In this document: in pieces, positions 63,399 to 64,000 of the stretch
Layout of the letters: each line of letters opens with the position of its first letter
How positions within the stretch are numbered: the first letter of the stretch is position 1
NCBI GenBank assembly: GCA_963664435.2
Contig: CAXXKM010000003.1
Coordinates: forward strand, 1,376,001 to 1,440,000
DNA from: Longimicrobiales bacterium
GTDB lineage: Bacteria; Gemmatimonadota; Gemmatimonadetes; Longimicrobiales; Gaopeijiaceae
Length of the DNA stretch: 64,000 nucleotides
Direction: 5' to 3'
The notes under the pieces: generated by a model
The model's database searches: none
The model's input: only the letters and a program-made list of their open reading frames with translations
What the model was told of the DNA's origin: nothing
Program-made: the position numbers and the translations under genes

Positions 63399-64000
63399 AT
63401 GAACGTACACCTCATCGCCGACGAACACGCAGCGCGCCCGGTGGCGCAGCGGCTGGCTTCCCCTGCGCGGCTTGCCCTCGACTGCGAGGCGGCCGGCTAT
63501 CACCGCTATTCCGACCGGCTCTGCCTGGTGCAGCTCTCCGGGCCGCGGGATACGTGGCTCGTCGATGCCCTCGCCTTCGACGCCAGCGATCTGCTGCGGT
63601 CACCGCTGGAGGATCCCGGACGCGAGATCATCATGCACGGAGCCAGCTACGATCTTCGCCTTCTGTCGCGGGACCTGGGGATCCGGGTGCGAGGCCTCTT
63701 CGACACGCAGGTAGCGGCCGCGCTGCTGGGGGAATCCGCGCTGGGACTGTCCGCGCTGCTCGAACGGTTCCTGGGCGTGCATCTGCCCAAGAAGTACCAG
63801 CGGGCCGACTGGGCGATGCGGCCGCTCCCGGCGGATATGCTCGAGTACGCCGCGGCCGACACGCGCCACCTGTCGGCGCTGGCGGACATCCTGCGAGCCC
63901 GGTTGGAGAAAATGGGGCGCTTCGCGTGGGCGAGCGAGGAGTTCCGCTGGCTCGAGCGGACCGCCTCCAGGCGCGAAGACCCCGATCCCGATCCGGCGAC
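63399..64000 (+). CDS. rnd: Ribonuclease D / DEDDy 3'-5' exonuclease, partial (runs off the window); not in the ORF track
   Basis: My translation from ATG 63399 includes MNVHLIADE...ALDCEAAGYHRYSDRLCLVQLS...HGASYD...FDTQVAA...DWAMRPL...YAAADT. Confidence 0.88.
   Translation, partial: MNVHLIADEHAARPVAQRLASPARLALDCEAAGYHRYSDRLCLVQLSGPRDTWLVDALAFDASDLLRSPLEDPGREIIMHGASYDLRLLSRDLGIRVRGLFDTQVAAALLGESALGLSALLERFLGVHLPKKYQRADWAMRPLPADMLEYAAADTRHLSALADILRARLEKMGRFAWASEEFRWLERTASRREDPDPDPA

Overview
This is a high-GC bacterial housekeeping region, probably Gemmatimonadota. That assignment is inferred from gene order and from the style of RpoA, RpoB and SecA, not from a database search. Every gene from 1 to 63199 lies on the minus strand. 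In transcription order they are: pyk, a PhnP-like MBL hydrolase, pgi, YtxH, an L,D-transpeptidase, smpB, a TPR lipoprotein, pyrD, pyrF, a hypothetical protein, cysS, tRNA-Thr/Tyr/Gly/Thr, tuf, rpmG, secE, nusG, rplKAJL, rpoBC, rpsLG, fusA, the S10/spc/alpha ribosomal clusters, a membrane hypothetical protein, rpmB, a nucleotide-sugar dehydrogenase, a TPR lipoprotein, a DegT aminotransferase, bamD, nadD, secA, radC, rel/spoT, uvrB, tsaE, tsaB, and tolQRAB-pal-cpoB. A partial RNase D gene starts divergently at the right edge. I found no mobile elements, CRISPR arrays or rRNA. The most interesting observations are: (1) a dense array of D-(S/T)-hydrophobic motifs, the Bacteroidota O-glycosylation sequon, in an exported TPR lipoprotein, with single copies in Pal, TolB and BamD and two orphan sugar-modification genes next to bamD-secA, which suggests a general protein O-glycosylation system; (2) a ~130-nt Y-shaped structured RNA followed by U7 between rpsG and fusA; (3) absence of rpsN, infA, tRNA-Trp and the str-operon tuf from their usual slots; (4) natural S12 K88R and EF-Tu R233S-equivalent substitutions that match known antibiotic-resistance alleles; (5) insertions in RpoB (124 aa) and in the L23 tunnel loop. 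Many start codons were re-picked by eye from the ORF track.
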